Shown here: piece by piece, positions 25,435-34,943 of the stretch
Layout of the letters: each line of letters opens with the position of its first letter
How positions within the stretch are numbered: position 1 is the stretch's first letter
Source: an uncultured Myxococcales bacterium
GTDB lineage: Bacteria; Myxococcota_A; Polyangia; Polyangiales; Houyiibacteriaceae
Direction: 5' to 3'
DNA length: 55,519 nt
NCBI GenBank assembly: GCA_937893795.1
Contig: CALCTH010000562.1
Coordinates: 1-55,519 of the forward strand
Made by a program: the position numbers and the translations under genes
Notes under the pieces: generated by a model
Told to the model about the DNA's origin: nothing
What the model saw: the letters and a program-made list of their open reading frames with translations, nothing else
The model's database searches: none

Positions 25435-25532
25435 GGACCGAGGGTACCCCGCGTCCCGGGTGGGGCTTCGAACCCGCGTGACCGGGGCGCGTCGGGTTCA
25501 CCACGGCGTGATGCGGCTCGTATGGTCTGAGC

Positions 25533-27779
25533 ATGGAGGGGACGGAGGCCATCCAGGAGGACGCACGACGCGCGTGGTCGCAGCAAGACACCGCGGCCGC
25601 CGCGCGCCTCGTCGCGTTTCTGGCCCGCCGCCGCGCGTCGGCCTCTCCGGAGCTCGTCGCCGCGGCGTGTCTGGGCGTCGCTCAGGTCGCCTGGTGGGCA
25701 CAGCAGGATCCAGAGCGCGCGCGGCGTTACGTCGACGCGGGCCTGGCGCGTTTGGACATCGACCTGGCCACCCTCGTCGGCCTTCGGCTCCTCAACTTCT
25801 CGGCGTTCTTGGCGAGCCAGCAAGGACGCATCCTCGAGGCGCTACCAGCGGTGCTCTCCGTGCGGCGCCTCGCGCCGGACGTGCCGGGCGCGGAGCGCGA
25901 GCTCCTCCAGGCGCAATACACGCTCGTCGCCATCCTCACCCATCTCGGCGCCCTCGACGAAGCGGAGGCGCTGCACCGCGAGCTCCGGGAGGAAGGAGGG
26001 GCGTTTGGCCCGGGCGAGACGGAGCACGCTATTCTGCTTCTTCGCCGCGGCGACGTCGACGCCGCGCGGGAGGTGGTGGCGCGCCTGCGTTCGACGCTGG
26101 AGGGCGGGCGGCCGGCCGCGCCCAAGGTGCTCTCCGTGCTGGACGCCTGGATCGCCCTCGCCGACGGGAAGCTCGAGGACGTCCTGGAGAAGGCCACCTA
26201 CGCCGTCGGCGTCCCGCCCGCCTGGCACCAGCTCGAGGTGGTCGCGCTCTGGCTTCGCGCGGAGGCGCACCTCGCCCTCGGCGACCCCGTGGCTGCGGAG
26301 GCCGATGCGCGAAAGGGCCTCGGTCACCTGCGCTACCCCGCCGGCGGCCTGGTTCATCGCGACCTGACCACGGTGCTCGTCCGTGCCCTCCACGGGCAGG
26401 GCCGTCACGATGACGTCATCGAGGAGGTGGCGCAGCGCACGAGCGCGCTCGGTGGGGCCGGGGAGCGCTTCGCCGTCGGGTTGCTGCGGATGGTGCGCGA
26501 CTTCGACCGGCAGCTCGAGCGGCTCCGCTACGTGGAGGTCGAGGCGCGTGCCCAGGCCCTCGCGCGCGTCAATCGGGAGCTCGAGGAGGCCCGCGATACG
26601 GCGGAGGCGGCTCTCGCCGCGCAGCGGGCGCTCCAAGAGCACCTCCAGCGCGCCGCCAAGCTCGAGGCCGTGGGTCAGCTCTCGGCTGGCCTCGCCCACG
26701 ACCTGAACAACTTCCTCACGACGGTCTACGGAAGCGCGGACGGCCTTCGGCTCCAGCTGGGAGAGGGCGGGCCCGCTGCGCCCTTTCTCGCCGAGCTCGA
26801 CACGGCGTCCGAGCGCGCGTCACGCCTGAGCCGTCGCCTCCTCGCGCTCACGCGGCGTCGCACCGACCCTGCGAGCACCGTCGCCATTCACACCGTCATG
26901 GAGCGCGTCGCCGAGCAGGCACGAGAGCGGCTCGGGCCCGAGGTGACCTTCGCCCTCGAGCTCGGTCCGCCCGCCGTCGCCCACATCGCTGCCGACGCCG
27001 TCGTGCAGGCCCTGATGAACCTCGTCGTCAACGCCCAGGAGGCCATCGAGGGGGAGGGGCGCGTGACGCTGCGGCAGGAGCTCGGCCTCTGCCCCGAGGG
27101 GCGCCCGGCGATCCGCGTGGTGGTCGAGGACGATGGCGACGGGATGAGCGAGGCGGTGAGGCGCCGCGTCTTCGAGCCCTTCTTCAGCACCAAGGACCGG
27201 AAACCGGGGAGCGGCCTCGGTCTGACCATCTGCCAACAGGTAGCGGTGGAAGCCGGCGGCGTGGTCGACGTGCGCAGCGAGCCGGGACGAGGCTGCTCCG
27301 TCGCCCTCGTCCTTCCCCAGGTCGAGGGTGCCACCCGTCCGCGCGCGCCGAGCGACGTCGACGCCCCGTCGCCCCAGCCCAGGAGCTCCGGTGAGGTCAT
27401 CCTCCTGGTCGAGGACGAGCCCCTCGTTCGCCGCAGCACGGCCCGCTGCCTTCGGCGCCTCGGCTTCGAGGTGTGGACCGCCGAGAACGGGCGCGAGGGC
27501 ATGGAGCGCTTCGACGAAGGCCCCGAGCGGGTCACCGCCGTCATCAGCGACATCGTCATGCCGGAGGCGAGCGGGGTCGACGTCGCCCGCTACGTCGTCG
27601 AGCGTCACCCGCGCTGCCCCGTGCTCCTCATGTCCGGGTACGCCGAGGAGGAGGCCCTCGGGGATCTCCTCGCGCACCCGCGCGTGCGGTTCTTGGCCAA
27701 GCCCTTCCGCTATGCCGAGCTCGAGGAGTGCCTCGCCCAGGTGCTGGTGCTCGCGCGCGACCACGAGGCGGCGGGGTAG
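25533..27779 (+). CDS. Cytoplasmic hybrid histidine kinase/response regulator with helical TPR-like N-terminus
   Basis: AHDLNN H-box, NLVVNAQEA, DDGDGM, FEPFFSTK, GSGLGL; receiver LLVEDE...SDIVMP...LAKPF. Confidence 0.93.
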   Translation: MEGTEAIQEDARRAWSQQDTAAAARLVAFLARRRASASPELVAAACLGVAQVAWWAQQDPERARRYVDAGLARLDIDLATLVGLRLLNFSAFLASQQGRILEALPAVLSVRRLAPDVPGAERELLQAQYTLVAILTHLGALDEAEALHRELREEGGAFGPGETEHAILLLRRGDVDAAREVVARLRSTLEGGRPAAPKVLSVLDAWIALADGKLEDVLEKATYAVGVPPAWHQLEVVALWLRAEAHLALGDPVAAEADARKGLGHLRYPAGGLVHRDLTTVLVRALHGQGRHDDVIEEVAQRTSALGGAGERFAVGLLRMVRDFDRQLERLRYVEVEARAQALARVNRELEEARDTAEAALAAQRALQEHLQRAAKLEAVGQLSAGLAHDLNNFLTTVYGSADGLRLQLGEGGPAAPFLAELDTASERASRLSRRLLALTRRRTDPASTVAIHTVMERVAEQARERLGPEVTFALELGPPAVAHIAADAVVQALMNLVVNAQEAIEGEGRVTLRQELGLCPEGRPAIRVVVEDDGDGMSEAVRRRVFEPFFSTKDRKPGSGLGLTICQQVAVEAGGVVDVRSEPGRGCSVALVLPQVEGATRPRAPSDVDAPSPQPRSSGEVILLVEDEPLVRRSTARCLRRLGFEVWTAENGREGMERFDEGPERVTAVISDIVMPEASGVDVARYVVERHPRCPVLLMSGYAEEEALGDLLAHPRVRFLAKPFRYAELEECLAQVLVLARDHEAAG

Positions 27780-27845
27780 CGTCAGCCGCTCGTGCGAGCG
27801 ACCGGCGGCGCGTCCCCCGAAAGGCGCCGCCGGTCGGTCGGTCTC

Positions 27846-29909
27846 TCAGTCGTCGCGGCGCCGGCGCGCCAGCGCGAGCAGACCCAGGAAGAAGGCCCCG
27901 CCGCCGGTCCCGCCGGCCGCGCACCCGCCACCGCTGGAGGGCGGCGGCCCCACGGGCATCCCCGCGTCCATGGTGGGCGTCACGCCCATGTCGTCCGTGC
28001 CGGCGTCCGGCTCCGGACCCATCTCGGGCACGCCCGGGTCCGGCCGCATACGCACGAAGTCGGTGCAGTCGATGTTGCAGCCCCCGAAGACCATGCCGTT
28101 GGTGTCGCCGTCGTCGCAGGTCTCGGTGTCCGACACGAAGCCGTCGCCGCAGGTCGACGGCTGGCAGAGCGGGTTGCAGTCATCGGCCGCGTCGACGTTC
28201 CCGTCATCGCAACCCTCGCCGCTGTCTATCACGGCGTCGCCGCAGAAGGCGTCGCGGCAGATCGTGCGGCAGGCGTCGGGGTCGACGTCGCTGTTGTCCT
28301 CGCCGTCGTCGCACTCCTCGGCGCCCGTCACGATTCCGTCGCCACAGCGATCGGCGACGCAGGCGTCACACCCGTCGTCCGGGTCGTCGTTGCCGTCGTC
28401 GCAGTCCTCCACGCCGACGCGGACGATTCCGTCGCCGCAGATGGCGTCCGTGCAGGCGGCCGTGCAGCTGTCGCCGTCGAAGGAGTTGCCGTCGTCGCAC
28501 TCCTCGCCGAGCAGGCTCTGGAGGATTCCGTCGCCGCAGAAGGCGATCCGGCAGGCGTTCGAGCACATGTCCTCGTCGATGACGTTGCCGTCGTCGCACT
28601 CCTCACCGCTGTCGACGACCCCATCCGTGCAGAACCCGAAGAGGCAGCCACCGCCCGCCGTCGCGCGGCAGGCGTCGGGCTCCGTGTCGCTGTTGTCCGG
28701 GCCGTCGTCGCATTCCTCGGTGGTCGCGCGGCGGCCGTCGCCGCAGACCGGGAGCGTGCAGTCGTTGGCGCACTCGTCGAGGTCGAAGCCGTTGCCGTCG
28801 TCGCACTCCTCGACGCCGATGTTCTGGACGCCGTCGCCGCACACGTTGAGCCGGCAGAAATCGGTGCAGCCGTCCGTGGCGATGGTGTTCCCGTCGTCGC
28901 ACTCCTCGAACTCGTCGAGTTGCAGCACACCGTCGCCGCAGTTGGGCGGCGGCGTGAAGAGGAAGTTTACGATGCGGTTCTGGTCGATGGGAGCGATGCC
29001 CTCGAGGGCCCGCGGGGCCAGCAGCGGATCCGTGTAGCTGCGTGCCAGCGTCTCGGCGCTCGCGCTGTCGGCACCGGTGGGAAAGGAGAAGTGCAGGAAG
29101 ATGACCGTTTGCCCCGCCCGAATGGTGATCGGTTCATATTCCCATGCCAGCTCGTCCGCATCGAAGGTGCTGGAGGTCGCGAAGGGGTTGAAGGCAGCGT
29201 AGGCGACACGTCCGGGTGCCCCAGGGCCGGCCGTGACGTGGCCGATGTTCTGGTCCATAGCGGTCGTGCTCCGCGTCGTGAACCAGTTCACGCCCGCGCC
29301 GATGGTCCCTCCGAGGCTGCTCGCGCCGACCGTTTGAGTGGTGTCTCCGAGCTCGGCGAATCGTGTCGATGTCGTCCCGACGCGTACGCGAACTGTCTGG
29401 GGAGACCCCGAGGTGTTCTCGATAATCTCCATATAACGGATGAATGGCGTACCCGATGCAGGGATGAACGTGCGTCGCTGGGCCGTGATGCCACTGCTTC
29501 CGCCGGCCACGGGACGGCTGACGGTAATGATCTCATCCGTGCTCGTCGGGCCCATGACCCGCGATGCGAAGCGGCCGAAGGTCGCGCGGAAGTCCTCGGT
29601 GGTCTGATTGCAGGTCGTTCCCGGGAACCCTCCGCGGGCGACGTCCAGCACGCAGAGGTTCGGCCAGCTGGAATACGTTCCGCTGTAGGCCGTCAGAAAG
29701 GGCGACGTTCCCAGCGACGAGATCTCTCCGCCATCGTCGTCGTCCATGTTGAACGTGACGGTACCGCCACTCGAGAGGGTGCCCACACAGCTCGTGAACC
29801 CATCTGGGTTCTGGCACTGGGCGGCTGCGCCGGAGGGTGCGACGGCGAGCACGACGAGGGAGAAGGTGAGTGACGCCAATCGCCACCCCCATCGGGTAAG
29901 TAAAGTCAT
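27846..29909 (-). CDS. Surface protein: unknown N-terminal domain + ~9 Myxococcus Cys-rich (DUF4215) repeats + MYXO-CTERM
   Basis: Signal peptide, repeated CGDG...EECDDGN...C...C, tail GGGCAAGG...FFLGLLALARRRR. Confidence 0.88.
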   Translation of the reverse strand: MTLLTRWGWRLASLTFSLVVLAVAPSGAAAQCQNPDGFTSCVGTLSSGGTVTFNMDDDDGGEISSLGTSPFLTAYSGTYSSWPNLCVLDVARGGFPGTTCNQTTEDFRATFGRFASRVMGPTSTDEIITVSRPVAGGSSGITAQRRTFIPASGTPFIRYMEIIENTSGSPQTVRVRVGTTSTRFAELGDTTQTVGASSLGGTIGAGVNWFTTRSTTAMDQNIGHVTAGPGAPGRVAYAAFNPFATSSTFDADELAWEYEPITIRAGQTVIFLHFSFPTGADSASAETLARSYTDPLLAPRALEGIAPIDQNRIVNFLFTPPPNCGDGVLQLDEFEECDDGNTIATDGCTDFCRLNVCGDGVQNIGVEECDDGNGFDLDECANDCTLPVCGDGRRATTEECDDGPDNSDTEPDACRATAGGGCLFGFCTDGVVDSGEECDDGNVIDEDMCSNACRIAFCGDGILQSLLGEECDDGNSFDGDSCTAACTDAICGDGIVRVGVEDCDDGNDDPDDGCDACVADRCGDGIVTGAEECDDGEDNSDVDPDACRTICRDAFCGDAVIDSGEGCDDGNVDAADDCNPLCQPSTCGDGFVSDTETCDDGDTNGMVFGGCNIDCTDFVRMRPDPGVPEMGPEPDAGTDDMGVTPTMDAGMPVGPPPSSGGGCAAGGTGGGAFFLGLLALARRRRDD
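28070..28945 (-). repeat. About 9 tandem CGDG-x-EECDDG Cys-rich coding repeats (~31-38 aa)
   Basis: Visible in translation and as recurring ccgtcgtcgcactcctc in the DNA. Confidence 0.85.
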
Positions 29910-30252
29910 TTGTGATACCGTGAAGAAAGAGCCGTTATACCGAGCGCACGCCGGTTGGCGTGGTGTGAGAAGCTCGGTGTCAGTGGGGTTGTGAGGCGCG
30001 ATGGCGCCGGCGGCGAGCTGTTCTTTTCAGACTCGTAACCGGCATCACCACGCCCCTCCCCAGAAAAACATAACGGGCAATCTGCTCATTGGCTACATCG
30101 CTTTAAGGACAAAGCTCGCTCCAGAAGGGCCTGCCCCGAGGTTGGGTCTCGCCGGCTGCGTCATCGGCGTACCTCGTTCGGGGGTGAGTAGCGGCTCGCC
30201 CACTCATGACGTCGTGATCCGTACCCCGACGCGGCGAGGCGCGGAGAGTGCT

Positions 30253-30448
30253 TCACGCGGATGCCGCCTCAGCTTCCTCATCCGCCAAGAGCAGCCGTGT
30301 CGAAGTCCACGCGAACCACCCGAACACCACCGTGAAGACCGGTCGGTGGGGAACACCGTAAGTCAGCGTGCAGCACGGCAAAGACGACGAGGGCTGCGCC
30401 AAAAAGCGCGACTGCCGAAAGGCCGGAGAGCGCCGCGAGCTCCCGCAT
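30253..30448 (-). pseudogene. Internally deleted membrane-protein remnant (DUF998-like)
   Basis: N-terminal helix MRELAALSGLSAVALFGAALVVFAVLHAD is joined, after a frame change near 30360, to a C-terminal-like GVPHRPVFTVVFGWFAWTSTRLL...TGA. Confidence 0.45.
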
Positions 30449-30474
30449 CGACCGAGTACGGTTCACGACACCTC

Positions 30475-32256
30475 TCACGGCGCCGGCAGGCTGATGCCCG
30501 TCGGCGTGACGCGAACGTCGAGGGTGCCGCTCGCCCGGCTCACGGTCTTGACGACCAAGAGGTGCCGGCCCGGCATGGGCACCCGAAGGCGGTCGCTCAG
30601 CGGCGTGCCGGCCACGCCGGCGCCGCACACCGTGGGGCTCGTGAAGGGACAGGCGACGGATCCCGCGCGAAGCGCGTAGGCAAAGTCGGCCGGTGCGTCG
30701 ACCTCGAGGTCGACGCGCTCGTTGGACACGGTGGTGGCGAAGGCGAAGAAGGCGTCCTGACCCGTGGCCCTGGCCGGGCACCCGAGGCTCGTCGCGTCGC
30801 TGCTCATCACGTCGAGGTCGAGCAAGGCGCGCTCCCCCGGAGAGAGCGCGCAGGCCTCGTCGCACGCATCGCACACGACGGGGTCGAGCACCTCGACGTC
30901 GAGCTGGTGCTGCGTCGCGACCCGCTCGAGGGGCTCGGCCACGAAGTCCAGGGTGCCCGCGGGGACGTTTCCCACGAGCACGTGGATGGGCCGAAGGAGC
31001 TGCGTCTCACAGACCGAGGCGGTGCCCGAGAGCTCGAGCCCCGCGGCGGCGATGTCGACGATGCCCTCCGTCGTCCGCAGCGTCGTGCGGACGGAGCGTG
31101 GCTCGGTGAGCGTGAGGGCGTAGCACCGGTCCGGCGCCGTCGGCGCGGCGCCGCAGCTCGGCCCAGCCGCATCGTCGCCCCGGAAGATACGAGTCGAGAG
31201 TCGGCCCTCGGGCGGAATGATCTCGGGAACGCACGTTCGGGGAGCCGACGGCGTCACCGTGAGCAGCAGGTCGAGCAACCCCTCGAAGCCCGTGGCGTAG
31301 AGGAGCCAATAGGTGCCCGGCGCGAGATGCTCGAGCTCGAGGAGGTTCGGGAAGCACTGCAGGAAGTCGCGGTCCGCGGCGAAGTCACCGACGCAGACCG
31401 ACTCCCCGCCCGCGCCGCGCAGCTCGAGCACCCCGTCGCCCTCGACGAAGGCGCGGAGGTCGCTCGTTTCCGTGAGCTCGAGGCGAAAGACCACGTCTCG
31501 AATCGGGTCGCTTCCGCTCACCGAGCAGGAGATGGTCCGGTCGAAGGCTGCATCGCGGGTGGAAAAGCGATAGGTGCCCGAGCCCGGCAGGAGCTGCGCC
31601 GTGGCGCAGGTGTCGTTGGCGGTGGGGCAGTCGTCGTCGTCGACGTCTGTGAGCCCGTCGCAATCGTCGTCGCGCCCGTTGGCGCAGAGCTCCTCGGGGC
31701 CGCAGCACTCCAGTGGCAGCTCGACCATGCAGCCCGGCGGGGGGGCGCAGGGATCTGCGAAGTCGTCGAAGGTACATCCGCTGCCCGGCGTGCAGCTGTC
31801 GACGGTGCAGGCATCGCCGTCGTCGCAGGTCGGCGCATCGCCGCTGGCGCAGCCCGTCGTCGTGCAGGTCTCGGCGCCGTTGCAGGGCTCGGCGTCGTCG
31901 CAGAAGGTGTCGTCGAGGGTAGGCGCGAGGCAGAGCGCGTTCGCTTCGTCGCAGGCGCTGAGCGTGCAGTCGACCTCGTCGTCGCACGGGTCCATGCCGC
32001 GCGCGCAGAGGCCGCCGGAGCAACGCTCCGCTCCATTGCAGAAGCAGCCGTCGTCGCACTCGGCGTCGCCGAGGCACGGGCTGTCGAGGGTGGCGTCCAA
32101 CGCGCACGCGCGCGTTGCATCGGGGGCGACGTCCGGGGCGGCGTCCGCCGCGCCGCCGAGGTCCCGGTCGCCCGGGGGACTGGTCGTGGATGCGCAGCCA
32201 AACGCTGCGATCATCCCGAGAACCCACCGCAACTGGCGGGGAGAATAAGAAAGCAT
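30475..32256 (-). CDS. Cys-rich lipoprotein with CDDG..CT.D.C repeats, putative metal-binding (MopE-related) motif and three beta-sandwich (PPC-like) domains
   Basis: Lipobox AAFGC, CDDGCFCNGAERC, CDDGDACTVDSC, ELCANGRDDDCDGLTD, then SC.....D(V/A) repeats. Confidence 0.8.
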   Translation of the reverse strand: MLSYSPRQLRWVLGMIAAFGCASTTSPPGDRDLGGAADAAPDVAPDATRACALDATLDSPCLGDAECDDGCFCNGAERCSGGLCARGMDPCDDEVDCTLSACDEANALCLAPTLDDTFCDDAEPCNGAETCTTTGCASGDAPTCDDGDACTVDSCTPGSGCTFDDFADPCAPPPGCMVELPLECCGPEELCANGRDDDCDGLTDVDDDDCPTANDTCATAQLLPGSGTYRFSTRDAAFDRTISCSVSGSDPIRDVVFRLELTETSDLRAFVEGDGVLELRGAGGESVCVGDFAADRDFLQCFPNLLELEHLAPGTYWLLYATGFEGLLDLLLTVTPSAPRTCVPEIIPPEGRLSTRIFRGDDAAGPSCGAAPTAPDRCYALTLTEPRSVRTTLRTTEGIVDIAAAGLELSGTASVCETQLLRPIHVLVGNVPAGTLDFVAEPLERVATQHQLDVEVLDPVVCDACDEACALSPGERALLDLDVMSSDATSLGCPARATGQDAFFAFATTVSNERVDLEVDAPADFAYALRAGSVACPFTSPTVCGAGVAGTPLSDRLRVPMPGRHLLVVKTVSRASGTLDVRVTPTGISLPAP

Positions 32257-32295
32257 ACCCACAGGCTAGCCCCTTCCGGCCGCGTTGCTCGGGCG

Positions 32296-32543
32296 ATGAG
32301 CATCGTGGTCTTCTCACGCTTCGGGCTCACGCCCACGTCGAGAGATTCGGCGCTGAATCGCGAGGAACGCACGAACGAAGCGAAGGCTCTCTTCTGCGCG
32401 AGCTGGCGGTCGAGATCGGCCCGCGCGAAGCCGGGACCGCCGAAGAGCTGGCGGCTGCGGACTACGTCGAGGCGGAGCTCTTCGGCCTGGGCTACGCCTC
32501 GACGCACGCTGCCGGAGGGCGATACGGCTCAGTGTCGCGGTAG
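32296..32543 (+). pseudogene. N-terminal remnant of an M28-family aminopeptidase
   Basis: LRELAVEIGPREAGTAEELAAADYVEAELFGLGY matches the M28 N-terminal L...IGPR.AG..E..AA.Y....L...GY. It is out of frame with ATG 32296 and truncated at the convergent kinase gene. Confidence 0.6.
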
Positions 32544-34787
32544 CTCCGCGACGACGGAGGGCCCCGCCGCGAGGGCCCGCGTCTGGACGAGGGCCCTCAG
32601 CGCCGCCACCTCGATGGGCTTCTCCAGAAGCGGATTCGGGAGAGTCTCCATGTCTTCCCGCGTCTCGCCGGCGAAGGTCCCTCCGCTGATGAAGACCACG
32701 GAGTTGGCCGGCGTACGCGCGTCCTCGGTCTCCGCGAGCCGCCGGAGCAGCTGCGGTCCAGTCATCTCCGGCATCATCACGTCGCAGAGCACCACGTCGA
32801 ACGCCGTGTCGCGGCAGCGCCGGAGGCCCTCGCGCGGGTCCGTCGTCGTCTCGACCTCGTGGTCCCGGAGCGCGCGCGCGAGGGTACGTCCGACCACCGC
32901 GTCGTCGTCGACGACGAGCACGCGAGCCCGGACCATTTGCGGGGCGCCCGAATCCTGGACGCGGCGCTCCTCGGGCGTCGCCACGGCCCGAGGCAATCGA
33001 ACCGTGAAGCGCGTCCCGGCGCCCACCGTCGACGTCACGCTGATGCTCCCTTCGAGGGCACGCACGATGCCGTGTGCGATGGAAAGGCCGAGCCCGGTCC
33101 CCTCGCCTTGAGGCTTCGTCGTGAAGAAGGGGTCGAACACCTGAGGAAGATGCTCCGGCGCAATGCCGGATCCCGTGTCCTCGACCTCGAGGGAGACCAT
33201 GCGACCCTGGGCGCGTGCCCGGACGATGACCTGCTCGTTCTCGGCGCCCCCGGGCGCGAGGGCCTGGGCCGCGTTGAGCAGAAGGTTGAGCAGCACCTGT
33301 CCGAGGCGACCCTCGTCCGCCTGGACGGCGACGCGCTCCGGCACGTCGATCACCAGCGAAGCCCGGTGCCGGAGCTCGTGGCGCGCGAGCTGTGCCGTCG
33401 CCTTCACCAGCGGCAGCAGAGCGACCGGCGCAAGCGTCGTGGGGGGCTCCCGCGTGAGCGTCTTGAGATCGCGGACCGTGTCCTGCACGCGGGCGCAGCC
33501 CTCACGCATCTCCTGGGCGAGCGTCAGGAGCTCTGCGCGGAGCTCCGACGACATCGAGGCGTCGTCCTCCAGGCGCTCGAGGAGGAGGAAGGCGTTGGTC
33601 GCGACCGCCGAAAGCGGGTTGTTGATTTCGTGCGCGGCCCCGGCGGCGAGCGTTCCGAGCGACGCGAGGCGGTCCGCCTGCGCGAGCTTTGCCTCCGCAC
33701 GTTCCCGCTCGCGGAGGTCGAGGACCGTCAGTACCGCGCCGGGCGCATCGCCTAGCCGATTCGCCACCTCCACGGGGATGCTTCGGCCGGCTGCGCGAGC
33801 GATGACGCGGGTGGGCTCGATCACGTCGCCGAGACGATCGAAGAGCGCCGGGTCCTCGAAGAACTCGCCGAGCGGCCGGCCGAGCGTCTCGGCGCGCGGC
33901 GTGCCGAAGAGCGTCTCCCAGGCCGGGTTCACGTCCACGACCACGCCATCTCGGTGCAGGGCGATGCCCTCGCGCGTCGCCTCGGCGAGCAGCTGGTAGC
34001 GCGTTTGGCCGGCCCGGGCCTCCACGGTCCTCTCGTCCACCGTCTCCTCGAGTCGCTCGAAGAGGGCGGTGACACGCAGATCCTGCGACCAGCTGATCAG
34101 GAGACCGGTGATCGCGAAGGCCCAGTGGAACACCCGAATGCTCGAGCTCCATCCCATGTGAACCGTGATGTCATTGGCGACCGCGACGATCATCAACACC
34201 GCGAGCACCCGGATCTCGCGGCGCGTCACGGGCAGGGGTACGTCGGAGAGACCCTCGGAGCCCCGAAGGACCCGGACGACGACGACCACCGTGCCGGCGG
34301 CCATCGGCGCGGCGATCCAGATCAAGAGCGGTCCCGGCTCGGCGCTCCACATCAGTCGCCCCAAGGCGTCGACGCGCTGGATGGCGGTGTCCGAGGTGAC
34401 CAGGTCCGTTCCGACGATCAACGCGACGACACCGAGAACGAAGGAGCCATAGCGCCTCAGCCACGCCGGCAGTCCGCGCAGCCCTCCCAGCGCACGGGCG
34501 ATACCCAAGGCCACGAACGTCATCGACACGCCGGCGGCGAAGCGAAGCCGGCCTCCGAGCACGGCGGCTTCGGGTGCGTCTGCCGTCAGCTGGAGCAGGC
34601 GTCCCGCGATGTAGACGAGCGCCGCCGCGTTCCACAACGTGGCCCAGAGGTTCGGCTCGGTCAGCGGTCCGCGCCGACCAAGAACGAGCGACTTGAGGGC
34701 CAGCACGCCCGTCGCGCCCATCAGCGCGAGGAGTGCCCACACCTCCGCCTGGGTGTTCCAGCCGATCGCATACCTCCCCGTGGCCAT
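32529..34787 (-). CDS. Hybrid histidine kinase: HisKA_7TM-like sensor, PAS, HisKA/HATPase, receiver
   Basis: About 7 TM helices, PAS (DVNPAWETLFG), AHEINNPL, NLLLNAAQA, DTGSGI, FDPFFTTK, GTGLGL, VLVVDDD...CDVMMP...LEKP. Confidence 0.93.
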   Translation of the reverse strand: MATGRYAIGWNTQAEVWALLALMGATGVLALKSLVLGRRGPLTEPNLWATLWNAAALVYIAGRLLQLTADAPEAAVLGGRLRFAAGVSMTFVALGIARALGGLRGLPAWLRRYGSFVLGVVALIVGTDLVTSDTAIQRVDALGRLMWSAEPGPLLIWIAAPMAAGTVVVVVRVLRGSEGLSDVPLPVTRREIRVLAVLMIVAVANDITVHMGWSSSIRVFHWAFAITGLLISWSQDLRVTALFERLEETVDERTVEARAGQTRYQLLAEATREGIALHRDGVVVDVNPAWETLFGTPRAETLGRPLGEFFEDPALFDRLGDVIEPTRVIARAAGRSIPVEVANRLGDAPGAVLTVLDLRERERAEAKLAQADRLASLGTLAAGAAHEINNPLSAVATNAFLLLERLEDDASMSSELRAELLTLAQEMREGCARVQDTVRDLKTLTREPPTTLAPVALLPLVKATAQLARHELRHRASLVIDVPERVAVQADEGRLGQVLLNLLLNAAQALAPGGAENEQVIVRARAQGRMVSLEVEDTGSGIAPEHLPQVFDPFFTTKPQGEGTGLGLSIAHGIVRALEGSISVTSTVGAGTRFTVRLPRAVATPEERRVQDSGAPQMVRARVLVVDDDAVVGRTLARALRDHEVETTTDPREGLRRCRDTAFDVVLCDVMMPEMTGPQLLRRLAETEDARTPANSVVFISGGTFAGETREDMETLPNPLLEKPIEVAALRALVQTRALAAGPSVVAELPRH

Positions 34788-34943
34788 CCGCCCGCCACTC
34801 GTTTCCCGTTATAACGACAAAGCGCAGACTCTCACCGGCGGAATGGTCGGAGCATTCTGACGGCCTCCCCGAGTCGGCGTCGCCACGCACCCGTGCCGCC
34901 CATGGCTTGTGAGGAGTGCGCGCTTCGCGCTTTGCTAGTCCTC

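Noticed and set aside
27846-29909. traA call
   Set aside because: No adjacent traB (OmpA/TSP3) gene and no recognisable PA14-like head; only the architecture is analogous.
27792-33111. 693-aa and 1036-aa + strand ORFs
   Set aside because: Mirror images of the Cys-rich - strand genes; only the short M28 stub has support.
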